A stretch of 64,000 nucleotides of DNA from Botryllus schlosseri (Eukaryota). Position 1 is the first letter of the stretch; every line of letters begins with the position of its first letter. The position numbers and the translations under genes were made by a program. The stretch spans positions 29,390,001-29,454,000 of the forward strand of contig CM119372.1 of assembly GCA_051294905.1 (NCBI GenBank), given 5' to 3'. The notes beneath the pieces were generated by a model. That model was not told the DNA's origin, made no database searches, and saw only the letters and a list, made by a program, of their open reading frames with translations. Shown here piece by piece: positions 35,863 through 49,152 of this stretch.

Positions 35863-38800
35863 ATGAACAGTGATCAGCTGTAACTCTTCCAAAATGCGTG
35901 CGCATACGGTATTTTACATCGGCACCGCCGTGTAGAGTGAAGTGTACCCTTACTACACAAAAGTAGATATCCGAAATTTTACCACGATGTCCACGGTGTT
36001 CCTTGATTTATTCCTATCCAGCCGCGTCCTTGTAAGCATTTTACCCCGAGTTCAAATTCTCATTTTTTCCTGCGCCGATCTGTGTTTAGATTACGTTTAC
36101 TTCGCTCACCAGTTAATGCTTTTTTCGATTTTCGCAATTACGGCATCCGAATCCACCACAGCAAGTCTGAACCCGTCCTTTTTACAACCGCTTCTCGCCA
36201 TCTCCTGCGTGCCTTTCTCGACGTCAAATTTTCGGATTGAGAAGAGTCTGTCGTCAATCTGACTCCTTTTATATTCGGACGGTTCTACAAGCAAAAAGGG
36301 TTGTATTTGAATCAGTTGCCGTTGCGACGAATCGAGATTATTCAACTAGATCAGGGGTTCTCACTTCTCAACCAGTGAGAGTTCTCAAGTGGTGAAAATT
36401 TAGTTAAATTTGTCTTGTTATTCGCTCTAAAATAGGTTTGCTGTTCATAATATAGAATTATAAGTCGGCTGCATAAAGCTTTTCATATGACTATGATGAA
36501 ACCTATTGGCATGTATGGAGTGACAATGTCGAACATGAAAGGGGGGAGGGGGAACGGCAGCTTTTGTTTCCCGGCTATGACAATCTACAGCTAACAGCGA
36601 CAAAAGTAATTTCGATTGTATAACAACTGCAAGTCAATACTCAAGTAACCAAGTATTACGGCAGGGTCCATGGCCATGCAAGTGCATTGGCATATGCCGT
36701 TGGAAAGGGCGTGTACCGTGTGAAGTGCATTAAATTTGGACGGAAGCGTATTTGATGTAGATTCGAGGTACTTACTTAGGAAGGTCCTGTTATTGTAACA
36801 GAAAAATAGCCATAGTTGCAAATTTTATCAATTATCAACTTCCTGTGAAACTATATACGGCACCACCGCAACGAATCGTGATGGATTGAGGATTAAGTGC
36901 AATAGGCCTGCATTGTCCGGCCTTGAAATCATTAAACATAATGCAAGAGTTACATGAATTGATTGTATCATTGAATTGAATACTCTGAGATCACAACTTC
37001 ATTAGGTGATTTCGATCCGACCATCGTCGCGCGAGGACGTCTCGAGGCAGCTTTAAATATTGCACAGGATTTGTGCAGCTATAGCATGAAAATCCGATCT
37101 TATGGAACTCATTTTTCTTTGTTCGTGGCGCACAAAGCCGGAAACCGCGAAACTCGCCATTATAATATTAATATTAATATTAACTTCAGTAGGTACAAGA
37201 AATACTGTGTACATTGCACGATATTAAAAATTGTTTTCTCCACTTCACCAAAAAATTGTTTGAAGCGGGCTCAAATTGTTTATGTCATTACCCACCACAG
37301 TGGAACTAACAATCCAATCACACAGTGGATTCAGTGTGTTGATGATTAAGTTTCGCGACGTTAGTGAACAGCGAACGGCCCCAATGTATACAATGGTTTC
37401 ACGATCTGCCAAGGCCGTAACTGCCGTGCCCAAAACCCTCAATTGAGGGGAGATCGAAGGGGCCGAAAATTATTTCGTTGGTCTTTTGTCGGAAAATATT
37501 TAGTCAACATTAAAAATTTTGTCGCGCTTCTCGCGATTTCATGTTACTAGTGGCATAGATTTATATGACTAGTAAGAGAAAAGGTACGTATTTTGAAGAA
37601 ATAGATTTATTTGCGCAGGCGATTATCAACGCATCAAACAGAACTATTATATGAGGCGGGCCTTAGAACAATTTCAAACCGGGAAATGGGCCACGGCCAG
37701 AAAGGGGTTGAAAACCCCTGAACTGAACTCGTAGCTTCATATGTTTTGTTTTCTTTTATGTCCACTATCTATCTTATATGAAACCGTAGAACTCACACTT
37801 TGGTGGCGAGATAGCGCCAGAGGTGGTCTGTAACGAAGCACTTCTACTTATTTGAAGTACTCAAGTAGTTTTCCTCTACTGCTGGTACTTACTCGAATAG
37901 ATTTCATTTTCGCTACATTCACTTCTACTTCGTAATATTCTGTGATCTACTTACTTACTTTTCGATATTTTCAGTTTGTCAAGTAGAAGTAGTTTAATCT
38001 TACAATTAGGAGGATAGCCTGAGGAATTTCGAGACTGTTTTTCTGAAGTATTCAACTGTCATAGAAGTGTAAAGCCCAGAATTTTCGTCGTGCTTCGCGC
38101 TCAGTTGATACAGAGTAACCATTATGATTTCACGAAAGTATAAAATATATAATTTATATATTATAGGTAGTGGGTTGGCGTGGTTCCTTTCACACTTCAT
38201 TATCGCCCTCCGCTCACATGGAATATTTAATGACAGTATATATGGCTCATCATAACGTTTGTAACTCATGTTTCGAAATCTAGCATTAATTTATCATATC
38301 GTAATTCAGCAGTCTATAGCGTGTCCTAATCTGGAAAAGTAGACTCTGACTTTTTTTAGTTATAGAGTTTTTAATCATACCACCTCAAAACCTTCGAAAC
38401 TTTCTTCTAGACTTAAGACACGAAATGCATATAACGTTTTTAGAAGTAGTATATATATTTCACTTTCAATTCTCAGTATCATTGACTTCGGGTTCTAATT
38501 AATATCAGTTCTTTTGTCTGGAGAACATACATGTTTTTGCTTTTATACTTCATTTCCGAAAATAAAGTTAAATATGACATTTTTACGATCCACCATCCAC
38601 GATCCACGATCCACCATCCACACATCCACGTAAGCGGTGTCTTACAAAAAGCCTCAAAGTTGGCCGCGCTACAAGTCGGCAGATACGGATACAAAAATCA
38701 AAAAATCGGCCTGGGGTTAAATGACCATTGTAGTCGACAAACACCATGAATACCCCAAACAAACACACTTTATGTTGCAAATTATCATACCTACATATAA

Positions 38801-39051
38801 AGTAGTTAGATCTATCATAATTCACAATAATATCTACCAAATCCAATAGCCATGGCGAGATATAAAAATTATTGAACTGATCGTGTTGATTTGTTCTACT
38901 ATTGCGAATTAATGAAAGTGGTTACTTTTCGGGCTGCTACCACCTCTACTGCTTTACGTTCATATTTCACGCTCTAGGATTGTTGAGTATGAAATATAAC
39001 TTATTGCGTCATTTCCAGCAAATCGTTTCGTATCGGGCGAATATTATTCAC

Positions 39052-39167
39052 CTTGAAAGCAAATGAAGGGTTGCTCACGCCCGCAGTCAATATCATTCCA
39101 CGTGTTGAATGGCCACTCTAAGGCAGCGCAATCTTCCTTTCTATGGTTATCCGGCTGACTCGGTCCC
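39052..39167 (-). CDS. Copy A exon 4: C-type lectin domain C-terminal part (QPD...WND)
   Basis: 116-nt phase 2-1 exon, TTTGCAG/GTGAAT flanked: (W)GPSQPDNHRKEDCAALEWPFNTWNDIDCGREQPFICFQ. Confidence 0.9.
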
Positions 39168-39600
39168 CTGCAAATTAGAACATCGCTAACATCTTTTTGT
39201 TGATATGTAGTAGTCATTTTGAGGGATCTGAGAATATGGATAAAGATGTACTTAAAATGAGATACTTGCGACGCCACACTTGGATGGAATAGGACCCTCG
39301 TAGGGAAAACAATACATATTACCACGCAGCGTACTGGTAGGTTATACAGCTGCAACACCTATGTGTAGCTTTTTCGACTTCGGCCGCGTTCGACTCCAGA
39401 ACTTTTCGCTTAATGTTGGAGGTGTGAATGAACATAAATAGCAAAAACAACCACTTCAAAATGGTACTTCTAGAAGCTACAACATGTTTCACTACCGGCG
39501 CATGCCGTCAGAATGTTTTACCAGCTTGCACCCAACGACTTTGGAAATCCTCGCTTTTCGTTTTCACTGTTCGTTTGGTTTTGATTACCAAACTCCCAAG

Positions 39601-40201
39601 CAGGGTTGTAATGACTCGAGTCATGACTCGACTCGAGTCCGACTCGACTCACGTTTTTCAGATGAGTCGACTTGACTCGAGTCATTTTCTCAAATTACAG
39701 AAATGACTCGAATCGACTCGAGTCAATTTGTGTATTGACTCGACTTGGACTCGAGTCATTGCGCATGACTCGAACCAAGTCATATGACTCGAGACTCAGA
39801 AGACCAAGACCGACCTTTCATTGTAATTTCGAGGAATAGTAAAGCAATGACACTATTGGGATTTCGTCTATTGGTACTGGTACTTGAAAATGCGCCCAGA
39901 AACTGCTAAAATGACGGAAATTAGTATATTATAAATGCGAACCATTCGATATCACTTAACAGAGTTACAAAAAGTGGATTTAACAAGCCTTTAACTGGAA
40001 ACTCGGCAGTCAACACAATGACTTTGACTCGACTCGAGTCATAATACCATGACTCGGACTCGACCCTCAGCTCGGTGACTTGAACTCGGACTTGACTCGG
40101 TGGTGGTGGTGAATTGAAAATGACTCGACTTGACTCGAGTCAAAACTATAAAACTGACATTGACTTGTGACTCCGAGCATTGTGACTTGTTTACAACCCT
40201 G
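39601..40201. mobile_element. GACTCGAGTC-array hAT MITE (family 1)
   Basis: TIRs CAGGGTTGTAA / TTACAACCCTG; perfect TSD CTCCCAAG. Confidence 0.88.
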
Positions 40202-40659
40202 CTCCCAAGTAAGACTTCAGATGTTACTACGACATAGACTCTGGTATTTTAGAGTCCTTTTTCGCCGGACAATCGAGACATCAACATAATTCACTTCACA
40301 CCAGTGACGTGAAATCATATAAAATGGTGTAGCTAGATTCACCTCATAGCCTATATATAGTAACTGGTATGGCAGATTTGTGGCAAGAAATGAGAACTAC
40401 TTTATTTGCACAGAAATTCTGAAAATATGACGAATCCACGTTTTTGTTTACAATATAGATTCGGAGCAAATTCCTACAATGCCATATACAATATTCAACG
40501 CTTGCCTTGATCTATTATTTATAATACTCAGCCAGTAAAGTAATCCTCAAGTCATGAGCCGAGACTCTAGAGTCGTAGTTGGACAGATTTTTACCATCAG
40601 ACTGCCACGAGAGCCGCTGTAAGGCCTATCTTCAAGGATTTGGCAGTACCTGTACTCAC

Positions 40660-40758
40660 CAATTTGTATATCCGGAAACTGGAGTGCCATCATTCCAGAG
40701 CCACCTGCCTTCATTGTCGAGATCATTCATGCCGATTATTGGGCTCCAATAATAAGCA
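40660..40758 (-). CDS. Copy A exon 3: C-type lectin domain middle part
   Basis: 99-nt phase 2-2 exon, TTTCAG/GTGAGT flanked: AYYWSPIIGMNDLDNEGRWLWNDGTPVSGYTN(W). Confidence 0.9.
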
Positions 40759-40943
40759 CTGAAATTTAAAAATACTTTCAGGGTATTGATGATGCAGAAA
40801 AAAAAAAATTTTAATAGAGGATTCATTTATCCTGGCAATCATGGGCGGTAAGGGGGCTTGTGATCAAAGGGCTTGATAAATCCTTATTTAGAAAGCAACA
40901 TGGAGCGGCATCCTATGATTTAAAATATCTCTATGCTTATTAG

Positions 40944-41116
40944 CACTGTTCCCTCTTAGCTGCGCGCGTGCGCGGCAGCGCGCAGAAAAATATGTGCTAT
41001 CCCCGAAAAAGCCGAAGTGATGACCTTTTTTATAGTCGTTACGCAATGCTGTCTAAGAGATCGCGCAGTGAGATGGTGAGTGCGCGCAGTGTCATGAAAA
41101 TTTAGAGGGGACATTG
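40944..41116. mobile_element. Short hAT MITE
   Basis: CACTGTTCCCTCT / AGAGGGGACATTG termini; perfect TSD CTTATTAG. Confidence 0.75.
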
Positions 41117-41466
41117 CTTATTAGTTGGGTTTTTTTGAGTCGTCACACCTAAGTGCTGGCCCGAAACTAAAATTAGCTTCTTTTACTATGAGCTGTTTAT
41201 TGCCAACGAGTTGAAGGTAAAGGTGTCATGATAGACTCAATAAGAGTACTTTCAAACTTCTGATACAAAAATTTCAGTGTGCTAAAGGTCGTTTAGTCAG
41301 GATCCGACTATTCCTCGTTTTGGCACGCTATAACATACTTTTCATTGCATGCCCAATTCGATCTCGCCTTCCGTGACATGCCACCTCATTTTTGTCGCGT
41401 GCTTTTTTAAATTAATTTCTTTTCTTTCACTGTGCTGTGCATGTCTCCTCTTTACATTGCCTAGGC

Positions 41467-41769
41467 CAGTTGTTCTCAAAGTGACGGGCGCTACCGCGTG
41501 AAAGCATCTGAAGAGGGCGCGAAGATGCGTTCAACTGAAAAAATTCGCGCTTTACGTGATTTACCCCCGACTCGTAGTTATTGCTCTGTGTATAATCCTA
41601 ATTTCAGAGTTAAGAATTGTCTCATTCACATTCATAACCATCCATGCAATCAAACTACCCGTTGGGATTGCTAGCATTCTGGCTGCATTTTCTGAAATGA
41701 CGATAAGGGAGCGCGAACGTTTTCACTATCATAAAGGGGAGCGTGTCTAAAAAAGTTTGATAACCACTG
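41467..41769. mobile_element. hAT (Charlie-type) MITE
   Basis: CAGTTGTTCTCAAA / TTTGATAACCACTG; TSD GCCTAGGC/TCCTAGGC. A related repeat near 51640 shows the empty site. Confidence 0.75.
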
Positions 41770-42123
41770 TCCTAGGCCAAGGTGGTTTTCTGATTTCAAG
41801 GACTAGTCGTTTCGAGACCCTTCTATCTTTTCATTGTATCGCCATTTTTGCGGTGTATTGAACTGATGAAAATTGCTAATAACAAACCAAATACCGATAT
41901 CGAAACGCCCCAGTCCAGTCTATCCAGGGGTGTACTGGTCCACTGGCCTAGGCCAAGGTGGTTGTCTGATTTCAAAGACTACTCCTAGTCGTTTCGAGAC
42001 CCTTCTATCTATTCGTTGTATTGCCATTTTTGTGGTGTATTGAACTGATGAACATTGCTAATAACAAACCAAACAATAATATCGAAACGCCCCAGTCCAG
42101 TCCATCCAGGGGTGTACTGGTCC
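41770..42123. repeat. Two-copy tandem duplication (about 178 bp) of a dispersed repeat
   Basis: CTAGGCCAAGGTGGTT...GGGGTGTACTGGTCC occurs twice; related copies at about 44370, 51645 and 60330. Confidence 0.75.
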
Positions 42124-42539
42124 GCCCTCAAGATTAACGGTCCACGGCCTGACCTTTCGATCTCGTCTACCTCGACATGTCACCTCACTCTTCCGCTTGC
42201 TTTTTATTTTCTTTTTCTTTTACTGAATGCCTCCTCTCCATCGTCTATGCCACTGGTCGGAAACCTATGGCTCGCGAGCCATATATGACTCTTATGGGTA
42301 TAAGATTTCTTTGTCAAATATTTATTTTTATACTGAATTGATCAATATTGCTGCGACTTGTTAGTAAATTTTCATCACGGCTAGAATAATTACTACCGCG
42401 GCAACATGTATATGAGATCGGACCCCCTCTTTTTGAAATCCTTAAATTTAAGTTACTGTTGCGCCGGCGGCGAATATCACTAACGAATTTGATTCGAAAT
42501 CTTTGATTGCGCGATACGTTAGTTGATCAAAGATAGTAG

Positions 42540-43444
42540 CAGTGTTGGGATGACTCGAGTCACCTTGTTCGTATAACTTGACTTGACTCGAGTAACTTTG
42601 ATAAACTGACTTGACTTGACTCGGCGTATCCAAAATGTGGATTGACTCGCGACTCAGAGCAAAATTCTCGAGTCAATTTCAAGTCATCAGGTAATCGGTG
42701 TCGATAAAAATCGCTGTATCTTGCATATGGTCGGATTTCCCGCGAAACGCTGGAATAACCCGTGAGAGCGACTAATCATTCAATGATCGTGCGTTTCAGT
42801 GAGCCTCCAATGTTCTGTCACAAACAAATTGACCACAAACGCAGAGATCGATGCTTATAGCTAGTACAGTAAAGTAATTTTATAGCAAAATGTCTACTTC
42901 TGTTCTCTGTCCTTACCTTAACCCAACCTCTTGTTTTACTGAAATTGAATTCGAATATAGTTTATATAGTCATCAACCATCGGCACAGGCTCTAATTGTA
43001 TCATATTATATCATATCAATTTGTAAAATGTTATGTATTGCATCATATCAATTCGTTTCTCAATTCTCTATTTTGGCTGGTACCTATAAACTTAGCCTAT
43101 GCAATTACTTACGTAGTTTAGCAGTTCTACGTATATGTGAGCGTGCATATTTAACTCTATATTCGTTCATTGGTTCAGAATCAATGACCAATCAATCAGT
43201 ATTATATCAATCAGGTAGCAAAATGCAATGACGTAATCATGCCTCATAACTCGAGAGGGCAACTTGACTTGAATTGTGACTTGACTCGTGACTTGACTTG
43301 ACTCGAGTCACCTCCAAAAATCGGGTGATTTGACTTGAGTCGAGTAACCTTCGAAAATCCATTGACTTGAGTTGACTCGAGTCAAAATGTGCAGTGACAC
43401 GAAATGACTCGTGACTCGAAGGTAGTGACTTGATCCCGATACTG
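42540..43444. mobile_element. GACTCGAGTC-array hAT MITE (family 2)
   Basis: CAGTGTTGGGAT / ATCCCGATACTG; near-TSD GATAGTAG/GAGAGTAG. Confidence 0.8.
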
Positions 43445-45474
43445 GGAGAGTAGTGGACATAACGACGGCAATATGATAACGCAGGTATCAAATACACATC
43501 GTATTCCTGATCTTCGCCGTGAAATCAACTGCTGTGGACGTGACTTTCAGAATTACAAACTCGAAATCTAAACAACGCCTTATCCACGTTCTTGATTAGT
43601 AAGGGTAGTTGTGTAGTACCGGCGATAAAACTCATGTTAACTCATGTTACATGATACCGCCGAATACTTTGAGAATAGAGAAGTCGATCAGTATTTACAT
43701 TTTCGGAATCAGTGCGGCAGTTACATCGAATTAATATCAGTTATAATAAATTCTAAGATATTTACGATGAATTGCGTTATCAATGGTGAGGCTTGGCTGT
43801 GCCTTACCTGTGGTTTCACGCTTTATTTAGGAAAAATAAATATTCAAATTGCGTGCATTTGGGAGAAAAATGTTCAAAATCTAGTTTTTCATGAACATCA
43901 ATAAAAAATACCAATGGTAAATATTGCTTTCACAATTTTCGTTCACTCATCCTGACGACAGGGGAGGCACTGCCTCACTTGACTCACCTGACTTCACGTC
44001 ACTGATGTATCAAAATTAAAGTGAGTATGCCTATACTGCTGTAGTGACCATGTTTGGCTTCACCTAAGCATGTGATCATGGGTTCTCGCATTTAAAAGGA
44101 CCATCACGACGAACCTACGTTCTCGTATACCTCAAGTTTCGCATGCTCAAATAAGGCAACCAGCATAATTAGTAGGCTTACGAGTTTTTACGGAGGAAAT
44201 GTGGCGCACACGATGAATCCCGTGTAAGTGAGTTCGAATGAGTGCTACCATGACGTTAGGAATTTCTAACTGTGACGTAACAGCTGATTGGTGTGTATGG
44301 TTCTTTGATAGTTAAAATGAAAAAAAAACGGCCAATATGACTCTTCGGTGAAAAAGGGTTCCGAACCCGGCCTAGCCCAAGGTGAATGTCTGATCTCAAA
44401 GACTACTCCAAGTCGTTTCGTCACCTTCCTATCTTTTTATTGTTTCGCAATTTAGTTGTGTAGGCTATTGAACTGAATAAAATTGCTAATAAACCGATCC
44501 GACATAGATGAAATCAAATGTAATATTAAAATGGAAAATCATTTCATTTCCAGGACTAAACACAATCGGTTGCTGTCTTGTTAGCTAGCCGAAATACAAA
44601 TAAACATGTACGCGAGTAAGCCGAGTATGCTGAATTCGTTTTGAACGAAATTTTCTCGTTTTCATGAAAGTTGTCATGATGAAGATGAAATATCCGAAGC
44701 GTATTTTCATGTGATAACTTCCCATGTGTTGTCCGAGGCGCCATATTATATCATAAATCATAGTATCCTACAGTGGCGTGGGCTCAACCAAATCGTATTA
44801 GGTCACTGATATTGGATGCGTCATTCTCTCAATTTGACGAAAGGAAATTTTCATCATTACTTCGTTTAGCTTGCAGAGAAAAAAATTTGATAGAAATAAG
44901 TATTATTACATTTTGCTATATATCCTGTTATAGGCCCCGTTACTCTCCAAATTGAGCCTCGGATTTTGCAATTAGACAACGTTAGCAGTGATACGCAATA
45001 ATGCCATCTTGAATAATGATGTCGCCACTCAGGAGCAAGTGAGCAACGGTGCAGCTAGTGTAAAAGTGAGAGTGCTCAATCGCCGACTCAGTAATGGGCA
45101 ATACGCTTGGGTTTTGCGCCGCAGCTCATCAACTCCTGATCTCCAGCATCGTTATTCAAGATGCCAAATTTCGTCACAATGAAAAATTCGAGACTGATTT
45201 TGGGGGTGATCAAGGGCCTCTAACAGAATAAATTTTATTTGCTGTAATCAGTATGGCGGTAGTTTTCGATTGATATGAATTTCATCAAATTTTGATATTC
45301 GCAAACCAAAGTAAATAGTGTCGTAAATTGCCCTTGGTCAAATGAAGAGAGTGACACTGATTTCCTTGTGTCCACACCACTGTGGGGTACTATGGTAGGA
45401 CAATATGATCATAATATTTCAGCGTGAATAAATTTCAATTGCACATGATAATATTTAACACGCATGCTTTTAAA

Positions 45475-45985
45475 TAGGGCTGGGCAAAATCGAGTACCTG
45501 AGGGATTCGATTCTGAATCACGTAATATGCTTCGAGTCGAGTCGAGTAATCGTGTATAGCTCATTATGGCGTCATAATAGAAAGTAATACGTCAAAGCTC
45601 AAATATATACCGTTTATGCCACCACAAAGAATATAATGCCTGTTATTCATTTCATAAATGATCTTTTGGTATTTTTTGGACCATGCCAATTTCATTCCAC
45701 CTGGTGACAACTGTGGGATAATCATGAATTCGGAAATATGCTACGTCCAGTAACCTTTGTGGCGTACTGCATGTTTCGTATGCTACGATACCGCCAATCA
45801 AGGTTTTAAGTCTTCAACAGTGAAATAAGCAACGAAACTATAATTCTCGTTGATAAATCAACTCTCAGTGGCGAGAAGCGTACAATTTCAGTACTCGAAA
45901 AAATCGTATTTTACTACTCGACTCGAATCAATATAATTAATACTCGATTCAGATTCGAGTACTCGAATCATTGTACCCAGCCTTA
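45475..45985. mobile_element. hAT (Ac-type) MITE
   Basis: TAGGGCTGGG / CCCAGCCTTA termini; perfect TSD CTTTTAAA. Confidence 0.8.
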
Positions 45986-46213
45986 CTTTTAAAACAATAA
46001 AATTTGATTAAAGGGATAGAAATGATTACCAACCTCTGGTCTCGTTTATTGACACAATGAACTTTAAATGACGTCAATGGCTTGATTCGGTTTGTCATCA
46101 AATTTGAAATGCAACATTCACTGTAATCCTAGGCTAATTGATTACGAGTGGTAGGCATTAATTTCCTGTTTATTTCAATGTGAATATAATATTTAATTGA
46201 ATATAATATATAA

Positions 46214-46858
46214 CAGGGGTCGGTAACGTATGACTCGCGAGCCATTTACGGCTCTTTTGATGATTTATATATGGTTCTCCTATTTTCAATTCGACACTTT
46301 ATTCACATCGTATTTCTGCAACCTATTTGCCAATTTACATGACGGTGAGGATCATTACTCTGATGGCAGCTGTTGTTTTAATGTATTCATGGCAGCCGAA
46401 ACGAGTGTATGTGACATGAAGACAGTTTCATATCCGGGATTTTAGCGGCTCGGAATACGCCTTTCAAAATCCTAAATTTTATGTTAGATGTTGCCTGATG
46501 ATGATTGTTCATTTAAATCAGTCCAATATAACAGTTTATTTCTATAATTGGGCAACACGGTCATTTACGGTTCCGCACCGGACACGTCTCATTCGTTGGA
46601 TTCGATGCGGGGTTTGTGTAATTGCAAATGCAAAGTTGCGGTCGAATCGACAACCAATATATCGCGCGCGAAATCGCCGTAGCTGACATCGCACGCATTG
46701 ATATACTGGATTGCACGATGCTTTGATTGATCGGAAAGAAAGACGAGGCGACGCTCGTATGGCAATGCGGTTTTCAAATCCACATTGTCTACCTGATCAT
46801 CGGCGAGAAATGAACTCTCTTGGAAGTGACATTACTTAAAAAACGTTCCCGACTCCTG
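46214..46858. mobile_element. Degenerate Charlie-type MITE
   Basis: CAGGGGTCGGTAACG / CGTTCCCGACTCCTG termini; TSD not recognisable. Confidence 0.6.
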
Positions 46859-47367
46859 ATGCATCGTATAATTATCAGTTGCTTTTTCGATACTCCGATT
46901 TAACTCGCTATGAACTCGCTGTCAACGATGATCCGTGTACATGAATCGAAAGCGAATATTAATTGTAAAGATTCGAGACGAACAGCAAGAGACAGCTATT
47001 CCGATATGTAAATTATACGATTATTTTCTCAAGGAGCTATATTTTTCCCAGCGACTAATCTCGATTCGAAATTGCTCGTGGGTACTGTGCTACTCAGTAT
47101 CCAGCCGTCAAAGTATGAATTACTAACGGGATCATCGTTACGAATTTCGAGCTATTTGAGTTGTGAAATAAAAGTGGATTTGTGAAAATCGGCTATGCTA
47201 CATGTAGCGATTGCACCTCAACACTATGAAGTTTGATAATACGGGGATTATAGGGCTCCCCATGAATGAAAATCTGAAATATAGTCTGAATATGACTCCT
47301 TTGACGAAGGAGGTTTCCAATCCCTGGAATAGTGGACATCGGTATTCAGAAAAAAATGTCAACTTAC

Positions 47368-47557
47368 GTTCCTACAGCTTCATACATCAGGTCATAAACC
47401 TCCGAGGTGACATCTGCGCTCTCTATAAACACCAAATTTTTCCAGCCCAAGTCCTTGCATCTCTGTGTTGCCACTGCCCACATTTCATTACTTGTAGTAT
47501 AGAGCCCATAAAGATTACCAGTTGTTTGACCGACCGACACGTAGAGGGGCTCCTCCG
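47368..47557 (-). CDS. Copy A exon 2: C-type lectin domain N-terminal part
   Basis: 190-nt phase 1-2 exon, TTACAG/GTAAGT flanked: EEPLYVSVGQTTGNLYGLYTTSNEMWAVATQRCKDLGWKNLVFIESADVTSEVYDLMYEAVG(T); paralogous to 7381-7570. Confidence 0.88.
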
Positions 47558-49100
47558 CTGTAATTCAATGCGGCATTAGAACGGCATGTTCTGTATGGTT
47601 AGTGGTTACGTTACTCACATCGTAAGGATTAGAAAATGAGAGAGCAAATATTTCCCAATAAATAATTTAGCCTATGGCATCATGAAAGCCTCTCTCTCAT
47701 GAAATCTTTCTCTAACGAAGAGTTAGTTGTTCACACAAATGCGTACTTTTATGATTTACAGGATTGACATTGAAGTTGTGCCGTTTGACTGAGGTAAATT
47801 ACGGTTGTGCAACACATCCTGAATGTTCATGAGACTTTCACGGAAATCGAGCCATTGTGAGATGATATTTAGGATTTTTCCTTTTATCCAACCGTATATG
47901 GGCCGGAGAGTTCCGAATATCAATTTCGATCTGGTCGTAATAAGATAAAAATTCATGAATCTGATTTTGAATTGTAAGCTCGCATATATATGTGGAACAA
48001 AATCTTGAAATATATGATAAAGTCACACCGTGCGTGAAAATGCATTGCATGAGACAGCTCAGCATGGCGCATGAGATAACAACATGTTAATGCTACATTA
48101 AATAATAAATGGAGAGTGGCCTCTGGTAATGTATGGCACGTGTGTGTGTTCACTGTTCACGGTGTTTCAACATATATACTAATGTAAGACCTTGGTAGCT
48201 TTCACATCCTATTTAACGTCCACTTGCGAATGAACATAACTTTATCAGTTACACGAGCTTTCGAAGCGCCGCTCCTTCAATTGGTGTTAAAGCGAAAATA
48301 ATGCCAAAAGAGCAACGCAAAAAGATTTTCAATTTGAACATATGCATATTATGACATCACAGGAAATAAGAATTTTTAGATTCCAGAGTCGCGTACTTTA
48401 TGACGTCAAAGACACTAATATCAAGTTGATATTCGAAATTCATGGGATCACAACTTACTGCATGTATTTCGAATATAAACTTGATTAGCCCTGACGTCAC
48501 TAATATTGAATTGTGACGTCACAGTGGATAAACATTTACAATTGAAGATACAAGGTAAAAATGGCTCCTTTGACGAAAAGAGCTTCCGACCACTGTCATG
48601 AACAGACCAGAAATATTTTTAACCAGGTCTACATCGTTGTGCAGGATTTCCACGGCCGGCGGTCATCATCATCAGAACAGCCATTCCGTACCTATATTTA
48701 CTTGCTATATCTGATGAACCGACGACGATTCCGAGGGTTCCAGCCTTTCCATATCGTATACATCGATCAGATTGGGTGCAAATTATCTGTGGGTTCATTC
48801 TATATGTTTTTCGAAAGTATTTACGCAATTATGACATGATTATACAACGTTTTAAAAAAATGTTCTTCTAAAAAGGGCATTTGTTTAAAACATGTTTGAA
48901 ACGCCGTTTGTTTTAAATGCAAACCTAAATCTATAGTGATAAAAAACCGACAAAAATTTGCATCAATTAGGAATGGATTCTGGAGTCGACCTCCGTCGGA
49001 CTGGAAACCACGATTAAACGATGGTGCAGTGGGGAGATATTTACGAGATAACACTGCACTGCTAATCATAATCTTTTGAAAACAACAAAATCATGCATAC

Positions 49101-49152
49101 CTTGAGCGATGTTGGCACCGAAAAGTAGAACTACACTCAGTACCACTATCAT
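49101..49152 (-). CDS. Copy A exon 1: signal peptide
   Basis: ATG in AAAGATG context, MIVVLSVVLLFGANIAQ(A), and a phase-1 GTATGC donor compatible with exon 2. Confidence 0.8.

Noticed and set aside
38585..38630. CCACGAT/CCACCAT short repeats
   Set aside because: Simple minisatellite with no supporting structure.
39044..39358. Whole 104-aa ORF as a single-exon lectin gene
   Set aside because: Only 39052-39167 is lectin-like and splice-bounded; the rest is intron read-through.
39601..40201. Palindromic GACTCGAGTC arrays as a CRISPR array
   Set aside because: No constant repeat-spacer period and no cas genes; the arrays are bounded by TIRs and 8-bp TSDs, so they are MITE subterminal repeats.
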